The notes under the pieces are model-generated. The model was not told where the DNA came from. It saw only the letters and a list, made by a program, of their open reading frames with translations, and made no database searches. This document shows positions 27,642 to 37,778 of a stretch of 64,000 nt of DNA, in pieces (positions within the stretch are counted from its first letter, which is position 1; each line of letters starts with the position of its first letter). Source of the stretch: Acaryochloridaceae cyanobacterium OTE_25_metabat_464. Its GTDB lineage: Bacteria; Cyanobacteriota; Cyanobacteriia; Thermosynechococcales; Thermosynechococcaceae. Location: NCBI GenBank assembly GCA_031362245.1, contig JANLSD010000014.1:23235-87234 (forward strand). Direction: 5' to 3'. The position numbers and the translations under genes were made by a program.

Positions 27642-29654
27642 ATGAACAGTTCCCGCAATATTGCGATCGTAGGCCCTTACTCTAGCGGCAAAACCACACT
27701 CTTAGAAAATTTGCTTTATGTAACGGACAGTATCTCCCGTAGAGGTTCAGTGCGGACAGGAAACACCGTGGGGGACACCTCCGCAGAAGCCCGCGCCCAC
27801 CAAATGAGTACAGAAATCACGGCTGCCAGTCTTACCCACGGCAGCCGTGATTTTACATTTTTAGACTGCCCTGGCTCCATCGAACTCGCCCAGGAAACCT
27901 TCAATGCCCTGGTTGGCGTTGATGCGGCAGTGGTGGTGTGCGAGCCGGATCCGCAAAAAGTGCTGGGCCTTTCACTGCTGTTTCAGGTCTTGGACGATTG
28001 GCAAATCCCCCATCTGGTGTTCCTCAATAAAATGGATCGCGCCATTGCGCCATTTTCTGAGGTATTAGCAGCCCTCAAACAAGTCTCCAGCCGTCCGATG
28101 GTGCCGCAGCAGTACCCCATTGGCCAAAACGAGACCTTGCAAGGGTTTATTGATTTAATTACAGAACAAGCCTTCCAATACCACCCCGATGCCCCCGCAG
28201 ACCCCATTCCCCTACCGGAAGCGCTCAAGGAGCAAGAGCACGCCGCACGGGCAGAAATGCTGGAAACCTTAGCGGAGTTTGACGATCATCTGTTAGAAGA
28301 ACTGATTGAAGAAGTCGAACCACCCCAGACGGAAGTGCTCCAAGATCTCAAAGATGAACTGAGTGCAGACTTGATTGTCCCTGTCTTGTTTGGGGTTGCC
28401 GATCAAGGGTTTGGGATTCGTCCGTTACTGGAAATCTTGGCGAAAGAAGCGCCGGAAGCCCAAGAGACAGAGAAGCTGCGGGGGTTAGGGAAAGAGAATA
28501 ATGCGATCGCCCAAGTTCTCAAAACCTATATTTCGGCCCAAGGCGGTAAGCTTTCGCTGGTGCGGGTGTGGCAGGGGACGCTGTCCGATGGGATGTCGTT
28601 GAACAAGGTGCGGGTGAGTGGGATCTATCGTCTGATGGGGCAGCAGCAAACCAGTATTGCCCAAGCCAGTGCAGGTGAAATTGTGGCCTTGGGACGACTG
28701 GAAGGCATTCAAACAGGAGATACGCTCTCTACAAACGGTTTTGACACTGCTGAACTGCGGCGGGGAACGGCGTTAGAGCCTGTGTTTGCACAGGCGGTGC
28801 GGACTCAAAATCGTAAAGATGAGGTGAAGCTGACGACGGCCCTCCATAAGCTAAATGAAGAAGATCCATCTTTAATTTGGAAGCACCAGGAAGAAACCCA
28901 TGAGATTGTGCTGTGGGGTCAGGGTGAAATTCATTTGATGATTGGCAAAGAGCGGTTGGAGCGCAAGTATAACTTACCTGTGGAACTCACACCGCCTCAT
29001 ATTGCTTACTGTGAAACCATTCGCAAGACAACTTCTAGTCATGGTCGCTATAAACACCAAACGGGTGGGCATGGGCAGTTTGGAGATGTTTATTTAGACA
29101 TTGAGCCGCAGCCTCGCGGCGAAGGCTTTCAGTTCAAGGAAAAAATTGTGGGTGGCGCGGTGCCGAAGCAGTATATTCCTGGCGTTGAGATGGGGGTACG
29201 CGAATTTTTGGTGCAGGGGATGTATGGGTATCCAGTAGTGGATTTGTCAGTGACGCTGACGAATGGCTCCTACCACACGGTTGATAGTTCGGAGCAGGCG
29301 TTTAAGCAGGCGGCTCGGTTGGCGATGCAGTCTGGTTTACCCAATTGTGAGCCTGTTTTGCTAGAACCTATCGAACGCATTACTCTGGCAACGCCTGTAG
29401 AATTTACCGCTAATATCTTGCGGCTGGTGCGGAACCGTCGCGGTCAGGTATTAGGCTATGATGCAAAGCCTAATTGGACGGGATGGGATGAGGTGACGGC
29501 CTATTTACCGATGGCAGAAATGCAGAGTCTGATTACAGAACTGCGATCGCTGACCCAAGGCGTAGGTTTCTTCCACTGGGAGGACGATCATTTGCAGGAA
29601 GTACCAGACAAGATTGCAGAGCAGGTTTTGGCGATCGCAAAGTCGGCTGCATAA
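27642..29654 (+). CDS. Elongation factor G paralogue (EF-G-like GTPase)
   Basis: 670 aa. G1 is GPYSSGKTT, G3 is LDCPGS, G4 is NKMD. EF-G domains III-V are recognisable (HGRYKHQTGGHGQFGDV, GGAVPKQYIPGVE). Confidence 0.85.
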   Translation: MNSSRNIAIVGPYSSGKTTLLENLLYVTDSISRRGSVRTGNTVGDTSAEARAHQMSTEITAASLTHGSRDFTFLDCPGSIELAQETFNALVGVDAAVVVCEPDPQKVLGLSLLFQVLDDWQIPHLVFLNKMDRAIAPFSEVLAALKQVSSRPMVPQQYPIGQNETLQGFIDLITEQAFQYHPDAPADPIPLPEALKEQEHAARAEMLETLAEFDDHLLEELIEEVEPPQTEVLQDLKDELSADLIVPVLFGVADQGFGIRPLLEILAKEAPEAQETEKLRGLGKENNAIAQVLKTYISAQGGKLSLVRVWQGTLSDGMSLNKVRVSGIYRLMGQQQTSIAQASAGEIVALGRLEGIQTGDTLSTNGFDTAELRRGTALEPVFAQAVRTQNRKDEVKLTTALHKLNEEDPSLIWKHQEETHEIVLWGQGEIHLMIGKERLERKYNLPVELTPPHIAYCETIRKTTSSHGRYKHQTGGHGQFGDVYLDIEPQPRGEGFQFKEKIVGGAVPKQYIPGVEMGVREFLVQGMYGYPVVDLSVTLTNGSYHTVDSSEQAFKQAARLAMQSGLPNCEPVLLEPIERITLATPVEFTANILRLVRNRRGQVLGYDAKPNWTGWDEVTAYLPMAEMQSLITELRSLTQGVGFFHWEDDHLQEVPDKIAEQVLAIAKSAA

Positions 29655-29819
29655 GATGCCGAGAAGTTTCGTGGCAAAAAAGATGAGTAGAAAGAAACTC
29701 TCTGATGGTAAAAAATCCTATCCTTATGGCTAAAAACTTAAGTTTTTGAGGTTATTTCAACGCTATTCGATCTTTTTCTTCTATGATGTCCCCATTGTTA
29801 TGTAGATTCAGGTTTCTTT

Positions 29820-30302
29820 ATGACAGTCTCTTACACCCCCGATGAGTTATCTAAAGTGGCTGGAGCTGTAATGGTGAGCGGTATCGCTGTTGCAATGGTG
29901 GACGCGGGCATTGTATCTTCCGCGATCGAGGCTGTTGCTTTGGGCAAGGAGGTTGCGGGTGCGGCAACTAAGTACCCCAATAATGCTGTCATCCAGGCGC
30001 TGTTTTCTGAGGAGGCAGCTAAGGCACTTCAGGCTAATCCGGCTTCTCGGGTTGAAGTGAAGCCAGCGGAGATGATGTCCGATACTGCGGTAGATACGGC
30101 GATCTCCAAAATCGCCGAAGCGCTCACCCTGCTAAATGCCAAGGCAACGGCGGATGAGGTACGGGAATATAAGGAGTTTTTGTATGCCTGCTGCGATCGC
30201 GTGGCAAATGCGGCGGGGAGTGGCTTGTTTGGGTCGGGCAATCCAAAGGTGAGCGATACGGAAGCGGTTGCTCTAGCTAAAATCAAAGCTGCTTTAGCTT
30301 AG
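29820..30302 (+). CDS. Hypothetical protein (Ala-rich, helical)
   Basis: 160-aa ORF with no confident family. Confidence 0.45.
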   Translation: MTVSYTPDELSKVAGAVMVSGIAVAMVDAGIVSSAIEAVALGKEVAGAATKYPNNAVIQALFSEEAAKALQANPASRVEVKPAEMMSDTAVDTAISKIAEALTLLNAKATADEVREYKEFLYACCDRVANAAGSGLFGSGNPKVSDTEAVALAKIKAALA

Positions 30303-30333
30303 TTAGTTTTTAAAGGTCTCTAAAATAAATTGT

Positions 30334-30678
30334 ATGAATAAGATCAAATTCTTTCTAACCCTTGGTGTCGTTGGTTTCTTGGCTGTAGTTGTGGGTACTT
30401 TTCTGTTGACGGCAGGACGAACGGTAGGCCAGTCCTTGTTTGGTCGAGGGTTTGCTGAAGGTCAGTTGAAAGATTATGTAGCTGCTGTGCTGAAGCAGGA
30501 TATTAATGGGCTGAAGTGTCAGTCGGTTGATTCTGATAGCAATGGGTATGTCTCTTGTGATTACACTACTGTTAGCCAGCCTAATAACCCACGCTCTATT
30601 GAATGCGCGGCGTGGGGATTGGATGGTTTCTTGAATAAAGGCTGTAAAACGCGGTTGCCAAATTTTGGTAATCAGTAA
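30334..30678 (+). CDS. Hypothetical membrane-anchored small protein
   Basis: 114 aa with one N-terminal TM segment (FFLTLGVVGFLAVVVGTFLL) and 4 Cys in the soluble part. Confidence 0.45.
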   Translation: MNKIKFFLTLGVVGFLAVVVGTFLLTAGRTVGQSLFGRGFAEGQLKDYVAAVLKQDINGLKCQSVDSDSNGYVSCDYTTVSQPNNPRSIECAAWGLDGFLNKGCKTRLPNFGNQ

Positions 30679-30838
30679 GGGTTTCTATGGTGGATAGATC
30701 TCCGTCACCTTGTACTAGCGAGATCGCTTGAAGAATATTTTCAGAACTGAGCTTTGGGGAAGCCAAGCTCAATTCTTTGAGTCTCACAGTCATATGGTGT
30801 TGTCTGACAACTGCGAATTTACTCTGGCATGGATTTAA

Positions 30839-31127
30839 CCGAACAGTATTTCGAGTGGAGCAGTTGAAGGAATAAATAATCGATTAAAGCTAATTAAACG
30901 TTCAGGATATGGTTTTAGAAACCTTCCCATTTTTCGTTTGCGATGCTTGATATGCTGGCATCTTAGTATTAGCTAGGTATATTCTAGCCAGAAGAGCCGT
31001 AATTTTTGGCTCTTCTGGATTCTCTATGCTGGTTTTCTGGGCTTAAAGAGTTTTCAAGGCTTTCAGCCCTGGCACATAGTACCAAAATGTTTACTATGAA
31101 CATTTGCATACGGAATTCTATAGAGCC
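30839..31127 (+). mobile_element. ISL3-family insertion sequence remnant (transposase C-terminal 45 codons plus right terminal repeat)
   Basis: 30857-30976 translates to GAVEGINNRLKLIKRSGYGFRNLPIFRLRCLICWHLSIS*, the conserved ISL3 transposase C-terminus. A palindrome CCAGAAGAGCC/GGCTCTTCTGG lies at 30988-31018. The element end GGCTCTATAGAATTCCGTATGCA (reverse complement) finishes at 31127. No intact transposase is present. Confidence 0.65.
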
Positions 31128-31154
31128 AAAGCTCTCTGCACCATTAATCCATAA

Positions 31155-33497
31155 CTAACTCAGATTCGCATGGCGTAGTGTCAGAGCATTTGTGACCACG
31201 CTGACTGAGCTAAAGGCCATTAAGGCTGCTGCCATTGCAGGATTCAGCAAAATCCCAAAAGCAGGTAAAAAGAAACCTGCGGCAAGGGGAATACCTATCA
31301 CGTTATAGCCCAGCGCCCAAAATAAATTTTGTTGAATTGTCCGAAACGTTGCTTTGCTTAGTTTCAGCGCACGGCTTACATCTCCCAATCGCGGAGCCTC
31401 CTGCGTGAGCTGACTGTGCATCAAAACAATTTGCGCCGTCTCGATCGCCACATCCGTCCCAGAACTCAGCGCAATTCCCACATCTGCCTGAACTAACGCA
31501 GGGGCATCGTTAATACCATCTCCCACCATGCCTACTGTTCTGCCTTCTGCTTGCAACGCAGCAATCACCTTCGCCTTATCCGTGGGAGATACCGCAGCAT
31601 AAATTTCCTCAGAACTTAGCCCCAACGATCGCCCAATCGACTCCGCCGTTGTACGCCGATCGCCCGTCAACATCAGTACCTTTAGCTTTTGCTGCCGCAG
31701 AGAAGCGATCGCCCCCTTCGCATCCACCCGCACCGGATCCTGAAGCGCAATACCGCCCTCATATCGTCCGTTCACTGAGAGAAAAACAACGCTATTTCCT
31801 TGGGCAGCGAAGGTTTCAGATTGGTGGCGATCGCCCGCTTCCACCTCAACGCCCTGCCCTTCCAGCCAATCCAAACTTCCCAAACATAGGGTATTACCAT
31901 CCACCACTCCAGACAGGCCAGACCCAGGATAAGACATCCACTCGGTAACGCTGAGCCGCTCTAATTGCAATTCAGTTGCTTTGCCAATAATGGCCTCTGC
32001 AAAAGGATGCTGGGCATTGGTTTCTAAACTTGCGGCAAGCTGGATGAGTTGTTCCGGGGTTTCTAGTGCCTGTGCTATCGCGCTCAGCCAATAGGTCGCT
32101 ACGACCGGATTGCCCGTTGTCAGGGTTCCGGTTTTATCAAACACAATTGTATCGAGATGATGAACGGCCTCTAAAACATCACCGCCTCGAATCAGCAGCC
32201 CTTGTTCTGCACCCAAACTAGTCCCCACCACAATGGCAGTGGGCGTTGCCAACCCCAACGCACAGGGACAGGCCACCACTAAAACGGCGATCGCCAATTT
32301 CAAACTCAGCAATAGCCCCAAATAATCTGAGTTCAGGTTGGGATGCATAGCATGGGTTGCAACCGCAGCGTGCAATACCTCAGGCCAGAGGTGGGTTCCA
32401 ATCAAGGCCCAGAACAGGAAAGTTAGCGTGGCGATCGCCATTACGCCATAGACAAAATAGCCTGAAACCCTATCTGCCAGCCGTTGAATGGGTGCCTTGC
32501 GCGCTTGAGCGGTTTCCACACACTGAATAATTTGCGCCAGTGCCGTTTCAGAACCCGTGCGGGTTGCTTCTATCACCACCGCTGCCGACTGATTCAGGGT
32601 GCCTGCCATGACGCGATCGCCCACGCCTTTCTCCACGGGCAACGATTCCCCCGTCAGCATTGCTTCGTTCACCGAAGACTGTCCGGTAGTGATGACCCCA
32701 TCTACTGGAAATTTGTCCCCAGGCAACACCTGAAGGAATGTGCCCACTGCCACCTGTTCTACAGGAATTGCGTTGCTTTGGATGGGGTCTTGCAAGGGAT
32801 TGAGGACTTGACGGGCGATCGCAGGTTGTAAATTCAGCAGGGCTTTAAACGCCGAAGTCGCTCGTCCCCGCGCCTGTTCTTCTAAGGTGCGCCCCAGCAA
32901 GACTAGCCCCACAATCATCACCGGAGCATCAAAAAAACATTCCCATCCCGTTTGCGGAAAGACTAGCGCCACATCACTGGCAAGATAGGCCGTCCAAGCG
33001 CCTAGGCTCACCAACGTATTCATGTTGGGGATTCTGCGCCAGAGACTGAGTGCCCCATCGATCGCCATTGCACGCCCAGGCATCAGCACAGCGATGGTGG
33101 CTAGTCCCCAGTGAAACCACAGTTCACCCAGGATTGGGATATGCAGCCCTGTAAATTCGTGCAGATGCCCAATCAGAGACAGTGACACTAAAACAATGGC
33201 TAAGCCAATTTGCCACAGGCGCTGAACAATTGCGATTTGCGGGTCAGGATCCTGTGTTTTGGAAGGCTGTGGGGATTCAACTTGGGTGGGGAAGCCGAGG
33301 TTGGTTAGGGCGATCGCCAATCCGCTGGCAGAGATGGTTTCGGCTTGATAGGCGATCGTGGCTTTTTCTGTGACCAAGTTCACCGAAGCAGAGATTACAC
33401 CCTGCTTTTGGCCTAGTGCTTTTTCCACTGCCTGCACACAGCCCGCACACTTCATGCCCTGGACACGCAAGATCGCCTGATCGAGTTGAATCGCCAC
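31155..33497 (-). CDS. Copper-translocating P1B-type ATPase
   Basis: 780 aa with N-terminal HMA domain [13 protein letters not shown] motif ([11 protein letters not shown]), DKTGTLT phosphorylation site, and GDGINDAP hinge. Confidence 0.9.
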   Translation of the reverse strand: MAIQLDQAILRVQGMKCAGCVQAVEKALGQKQGVISASVNLVTEKATIAYQAETISASGLAIALTNLGFPTQVESPQPSKTQDPDPQIAIVQRLWQIGLAIVLVSLSLIGHLHEFTGLHIPILGELWFHWGLATIAVLMPGRAMAIDGALSLWRRIPNMNTLVSLGAWTAYLASDVALVFPQTGWECFFDAPVMIVGLVLLGRTLEEQARGRATSAFKALLNLQPAIARQVLNPLQDPIQSNAIPVEQVAVGTFLQVLPGDKFPVDGVITTGQSSVNEAMLTGESLPVEKGVGDRVMAGTLNQSAAVVIEATRTGSETALAQIIQCVETAQARKAPIQRLADRVSGYFVYGVMAIATLTFLFWALIGTHLWPEVLHAAVATHAMHPNLNSDYLGLLLSLKLAIAVLVVACPCALGLATPTAIVVGTSLGAEQGLLIRGGDVLEAVHHLDTIVFDKTGTLTTGNPVVATYWLSAIAQALETPEQLIQLAASLETNAQHPFAEAIIGKATELQLERLSVTEWMSYPGSGLSGVVDGNTLCLGSLDWLEGQGVEVEAGDRHQSETFAAQGNSVVFLSVNGRYEGGIALQDPVRVDAKGAIASLRQQKLKVLMLTGDRRTTAESIGRSLGLSSEEIYAAVSPTDKAKVIAALQAEGRTVGMVGDGINDAPALVQADVGIALSSGTDVAIETAQIVLMHSQLTQEAPRLGDVSRALKLSKATFRTIQQNLFWALGYNVIGIPLAAGFFLPAFGILLNPAMAAALMAFSSVSVVTNALTLRHANLS

Positions 33498-33817
33498 GTA
33501 AATGAGTCCTTGATATCAAGCCGTTCCTTCTCTGTTGTAGACCATAAACTCCAATCGCAGCCGTAGAACGGTATCGTTACCATCCGCTCCGAAATCAGTC
33601 TATCGGCAATAATGCTAAAAAATGGACTGAATCAGGCAATTAATAAATGAGAATAGTGTCATTAAGATGCTTTTTGGGCAGCTTGTCCCGCCTAAAATCG
33701 TTTGAAACCCTCATTTCTTCTAGGTTGAGCAATTACCTTTCCTGAAATTACGATCGACAAAGCGATCATTTTTACGTATCATAACTGGTGTATCTGTTCA
33801 GCAATAAGGTTCACTGC

Positions 33818-35083
33818 ATGGCAAGACCGATCGCAATCGATCTATTCGCAGGGGCTGGAGGACTTGGACTCGGGTTTGAACAGGCAGGCTTTGATATTGT
33901 CGCCGCAGTTGAAATTGACCCGATTCACTGCGCCACACACAAATTCAACTTCCCGAACTGCGTGACGATTTGTAAAAGCGTCATTGATGTAACGGGTGAT
34001 GAGTTGCGTCGCCGCGCGGGGATTGGTAGCCGCGACCTTGACGTTATAATCGGTGGCCCACCCTGTCAAGGGTTTTCCCTGATGGGGAAGCGAGCGCTTG
34101 ACGACACTCGAAACCAGCTTGTCTTTCACTATGTCCGTCTTGTAATGGAACTGAAGCCAAAATACTTCGTGTTTGAGAACGTGAAGGGTTTAACCATCGG
34201 AAAGCATCGTCGTTTCCTGCAAGAGATTATTGAGGCATTTGGTAAAGGTGGCTATGATGTTGTCGCTGACTACAGGGTTCTAAATGCTAAGGATTATTCT
34301 GTTCCGCAAGACCGCCGCCGCTTGTTTCTGCTAGGCACACGAGCTGGGTTGAAATTGCCGACATACCCCCAACCCACAGGGCAAACAACCGTTGGCGAAG
34401 CGATTGGGGATATTCCTGAGGCAGAATCCTTTCCAGACTTATGGGAACGCGACTGGACGGCAACAAAGTTAGGCAAACCATCTTCTTATGCCGCAATGCT
34501 GAGGGGTAAAACGGATGACCCACAAAACTTTGGCTATCGTCGGCGATATAACGCCAAATTGCTAACGTGTTCGCGTCTGACCAATCACTCATCACTATCA
34601 CGCCAACGCTTTGCTGATACTGCGCCCAATGATGTAGAACCTATCAGTCGTTTTAAGAAGCTTGCCCTAAACGGCATCTGCAATACGTTGCGGGCAGGCA
34701 CAGCAAGCGATCGCGGTGCATTCACTTCGCCACGCCCTATTCATCCCACGAGTGCAAGGGTTATAACGGTTCGTGAGGCGGCGCGACTACACTCTTACCC
34801 TGACTGGTTTCGATTTCATTCGACCAAGTGGCATGGATTTCGGCAAATTGGCAATAGTGTGCCACCATTGCTTGCTCGTGCTGTTGGTGGAGAGATTATG
34901 AAGGTCTTGCGGAAGAAGCCCCAGAAGCCCGATGAGTTAATAGACCTTACTGACGAGAGCCTGATTGGAATTTCGATGTCTGATGCTGCCGCCATGTTTG
35001 GTGTGTCTAATTCCGTGATAGCGCCTCGGACACGCGTACCACGACCACTGGAAGAACCTAAAGAAAGTGTGCTTCATCGCTGA
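33818..35083 (+). CDS. DNA (cytosine-5)-methyltransferase, apparently orphan
   Basis: Motif I DLFAGAGGLGLGF, motif IV GGPPCQGFS, motif VI ENVKGL, motif X QIGNSVPP. No adjacent nuclease-like ORF. Confidence 0.85.
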   Translation: MARPIAIDLFAGAGGLGLGFEQAGFDIVAAVEIDPIHCATHKFNFPNCVTICKSVIDVTGDELRRRAGIGSRDLDVIIGGPPCQGFSLMGKRALDDTRNQLVFHYVRLVMELKPKYFVFENVKGLTIGKHRRFLQEIIEAFGKGGYDVVADYRVLNAKDYSVPQDRRRLFLLGTRAGLKLPTYPQPTGQTTVGEAIGDIPEAESFPDLWERDWTATKLGKPSSYAAMLRGKTDDPQNFGYRRRYNAKLLTCSRLTNHSSLSRQRFADTAPNDVEPISRFKKLALNGICNTLRAGTASDRGAFTSPRPIHPTSARVITVREAARLHSYPDWFRFHSTKWHGFRQIGNSVPPLLARAVGGEIMKVLRKKPQKPDELIDLTDESLIGISMSDAAAMFGVSNSVIAPRTRVPRPLEEPKESVLHR

Positions 35084-35341
35084 TCAAGCAAAAGCTCAGA
35101 ACCGCTATGATCAGTTAATAGGTTCAAATCGAATGCTCCTGTGGATTCTAGTCACCGATCATCTTTCCTTTGCTACAAAGAGGGCACCCAGTTGTTGAGC
35201 AACGCATTCGCAACATCAGCGTTGACGATATCGCCATAACAATCATCTCTGCTGAAGAGTAACTTTACGGCAGACTCAACCTGATCGGACGCGCCAAAAG
35301 GCATGTGCCCCCCTACAACGCGGTAACAAATTCACCAAAAT

Positions 35342-36679
35342 CTAGGTGGTATATTCGGCGTTGATTTTGACGTAGTCGTAGCTTAGATCACAACCCCAAG
35401 CAGTACCCGTTCCTTTGCCATCTCCAATGGAAAGCGTTACTAAGATGGGCTGTTCTATATGTTGAACAACTCCTTCGCGGCTGAAAGGCAGATTTTTCCC
35501 TTCTGTAGAAATGGCTAAATCATTTCTGTTTGCCGTTGCTACAACATCTTTGGGCAGGCTACTTTGTTCAGCGGTTTGCTTGAGATAGGCGATCGCCGCC
35601 CCCCTATCAAATTCCTTTGGCGTGCCATTTTCCATTAACAAAAAGTCGCCCAGCCGAATCGTCAGCTTCTGTTCGCTAAAGGGCACTCCAGCCCGACCTG
35701 CTGCGGCTGCAATCCTTCCCCAGTTGGGGTCACGTCCAAACACGGCTGATTTGAACAGCATGGAACCTGCAATAGTGCGAGCGACCTGTCGGGCCGACTT
35801 ATCATCCGTTGCGCCACTCACCTGTACTTCAACCAAGCAGGTGGAGCCTTCTCCATCCCGCGCAATCCGTTTTGCTAGGTAGGCGCAAACTTCCGTAAGC
35901 ATGCCTTCTAATAGCTCAGCCTCGGGTCCCATCTCCGTAATGGCGGGGGTGCGAGATTGCCCGTTGGCAAGGGCCAAAACCATATCGTTGGTGCTGGTGT
36001 CACCATCCACCGTGATTTGGTTGAAGCTGCGGTCTACAGCACGGCTGAGCATTTGCTGCCATAGGTGAGGCGATACGCCAGCATCGCAGGTAATAAACCC
36101 TAGGAGCGTTGCCATGTTGGGGTGAATCATCCCAGACCCTTTGGCAATGCCGCCGATGCGAATGGGGCGATCGCCAATCATGGACTCTAGGGCAATACTT
36201 TTGGTCACCAAATCCGTCGTAATAATCGAACCCGCTGCGCGATCGCCACCGTCGGGGGAAAGGTCGCTAATGAGCGGGGCGATCGCCGTCCGTATTTTCT
36301 CCATTGGGATCTGTTTCCCAATCACACCCGTGGAGGCAATCAACACCTGCTCTGGCGCAATATCGAGGGCATTACCAATTAACTCCGCTTTTTCGCGTAC
36401 CGCAGCCCAGCCCTGTTCCCCTGTGCCTGCATTGGCCTGTCCTGCATTACAGAGCATGGCCTGAGCCGTGGGCTTGATTTGTAAACATTGACGGCAGTAG
36501 TCCACACAGGCTGCCCGCACTTGGTTGAGGGTGAAGACCCCAGCGGCGATCGCAGGGACATCGGAGACTATCAGCGCCAAATCTGGCAACCCCGAAGGTT
36601 TTAGCCCTGCGGCAATCCCCGCTGCTCGAAAGCCCTTTGGCGCGGTCACATTACCAGAAACAACCTGCCAGTCTGCCAT
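35342..36679 (-). CDS. argJ: Bifunctional glutamate N-acetyltransferase / amino-acid acetyltransferase ArgJ
   Basis: 445 aa with autoprocessing site MATLLGFITCDA and C-terminal AWGCDLSYDYVKINAEYTT. It carries an extra segment before the last beta strands (see findings). Confidence 0.9.
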   Translation of the reverse strand: MADWQVVSGNVTAPKGFRAAGIAAGLKPSGLPDLALIVSDVPAIAAGVFTLNQVRAACVDYCRQCLQIKPTAQAMLCNAGQANAGTGEQGWAAVREKAELIGNALDIAPEQVLIASTGVIGKQIPMEKIRTAIAPLISDLSPDGGDRAAGSIITTDLVTKSIALESMIGDRPIRIGGIAKGSGMIHPNMATLLGFITCDAGVSPHLWQQMLSRAVDRSFNQITVDGDTSTNDMVLALANGQSRTPAITEMGPEAELLEGMLTEVCAYLAKRIARDGEGSTCLVEVQVSGATDDKSARQVARTIAGSMLFKSAVFGRDPNWGRIAAAAGRAGVPFSEQKLTIRLGDFLLMENGTPKEFDRGAAIAYLKQTAEQSSLPKDVVATANRNDLAISTEGKNLPFSREGVVQHIEQPILVTLSIGDGKGTGTAWGCDLSYDYVKINAEYTT

Positions 36680-36838
36680 GAAAACTCCTCTCGGGGCACA
36701 ATTTGCATCAGACCCTCATCTTAATGCGCCACAGGAGTTGCTTCAAGGGGCTTTAGCCTTGATTTTATACCTCGAACCTGATCCCCTAGGTTCAACGCTT
36801 TGTACTATGGAAAGAGTGAATCAATGGTTTTTGTTCCC

Positions 36839-37771
36839 ATGACCTCTGCCACCCCTACATCTATTGGTTTAGCCTCTCGCTTGGTCAATGGCGTCTTGGC
36901 GATCGCCCCCATTGCCAATCTCCTCAAGCATCAGGCACGTTCCATGATGATCAAACGTGCTGAATCGATTGGCGTGCAGTGGACACAAGAAGCAGAAGCC
37001 CTGAGAGCACAGGGGGACGAAACCTGGAATATTGCACTGGCAAACATTAAAGATCCAGACTTGGTTTACCCCAACTATTATCTTCAGCCGTTCCACGCCT
37101 ACAAAACCGGAAACCTAAGCTGGCAAGCCGCCACTGAAGTCGAAGTCGCTGCCTACGCGGCCCATGCGCGAATCTGGTCAGATACAGGCTCCAAGGCAGG
37201 TGATGCCCGCCTGCGAGAAAGTTTCCACACGCAGCTTCAGGCGCAAATCCCCACTGCACCCGAAACCATTTTAGATTTGGGCTGTAGTGTAGGTATGAGT
37301 ACCTTTGCCCTGCAAGATACTTACCCAAATGCCGCTGTGACAGGGCTAGATTTGTCGCCTTACTTTTTGGCGATCGCCCAGTATCGTACCCAGCAAACCC
37401 AGCGATCAGTTGAGTGGGTGCATGCCGCAGCAGAGGCTACGCCCTTTCCAGACCAGAGCTTTGACCTGGTTTCCACTTGTTTGATGTGTCATGAACTGCC
37501 ACAAGAGGCTACGCAAGCAATTCTTAAAGAAGCACATCGCCTGCTGAAACCAGGTGGACACCTCGCCATTATGGATATGAATCCTCAGTCCGAGGTGTTT
37601 GCTAAACTGCCACCTTATGTTTTTACGCTCCTCAAAAGTACAGAACCATATTTGGATGAGTACTTCACCTTCAACATGGAACAATCAATGGTGGAGGCTG
37701 GATTCAATCAACCTTTTGTAACGCGTAACAGCCCACGCCATCGTACTTTTATTGCCGCGCCCCGTGTCTAA
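36839..37771 (+). CDS. Class I SAM-dependent methyltransferase
   Basis: Motif I ILDLGCSVGMST, plus PFPDQSFDLV and LKPGGHLAIMD. The ORF opens at 36800; ATG at 36839 is preferred. Confidence 0.75.
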   Translation: MTSATPTSIGLASRLVNGVLAIAPIANLLKHQARSMMIKRAESIGVQWTQEAEALRAQGDETWNIALANIKDPDLVYPNYYLQPFHAYKTGNLSWQAATEVEVAAYAAHARIWSDTGSKAGDARLRESFHTQLQAQIPTAPETILDLGCSVGMSTFALQDTYPNAAVTGLDLSPYFLAIAQYRTQQTQRSVEWVHAAAEATPFPDQSFDLVSTCLMCHELPQEATQAILKEAHRLLKPGGHLAIMDMNPQSEVFAKLPPYVFTLLKSTEPYLDEYFTFNMEQSMVEAGFNQPFVTRNSPRHRTFIAAPRV

Positions 37772-37778
37772 TGGATTG

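Noticed and set aside
30596-30793. 65-aa minus-strand ORF between the small membrane protein gene and the ISL3 remnant
   Set aside because: It overlaps the 3' end of the 114-aa plus-strand ORF, has no recognisable motif, and sits at a rearranged IS junction. I cannot support it as a gene.
35120-35310. 46-codon minus-strand ORF (MPFGASDQVESAVKLLFSRDDCYGDIVNADVANALLNNWVPSL) downstream of the methyltransferase, considered as a restriction-enzyme remnant
   Set aside because: There is no motif linking it to any nuclease family and it is very short, so the evidence is insufficient.
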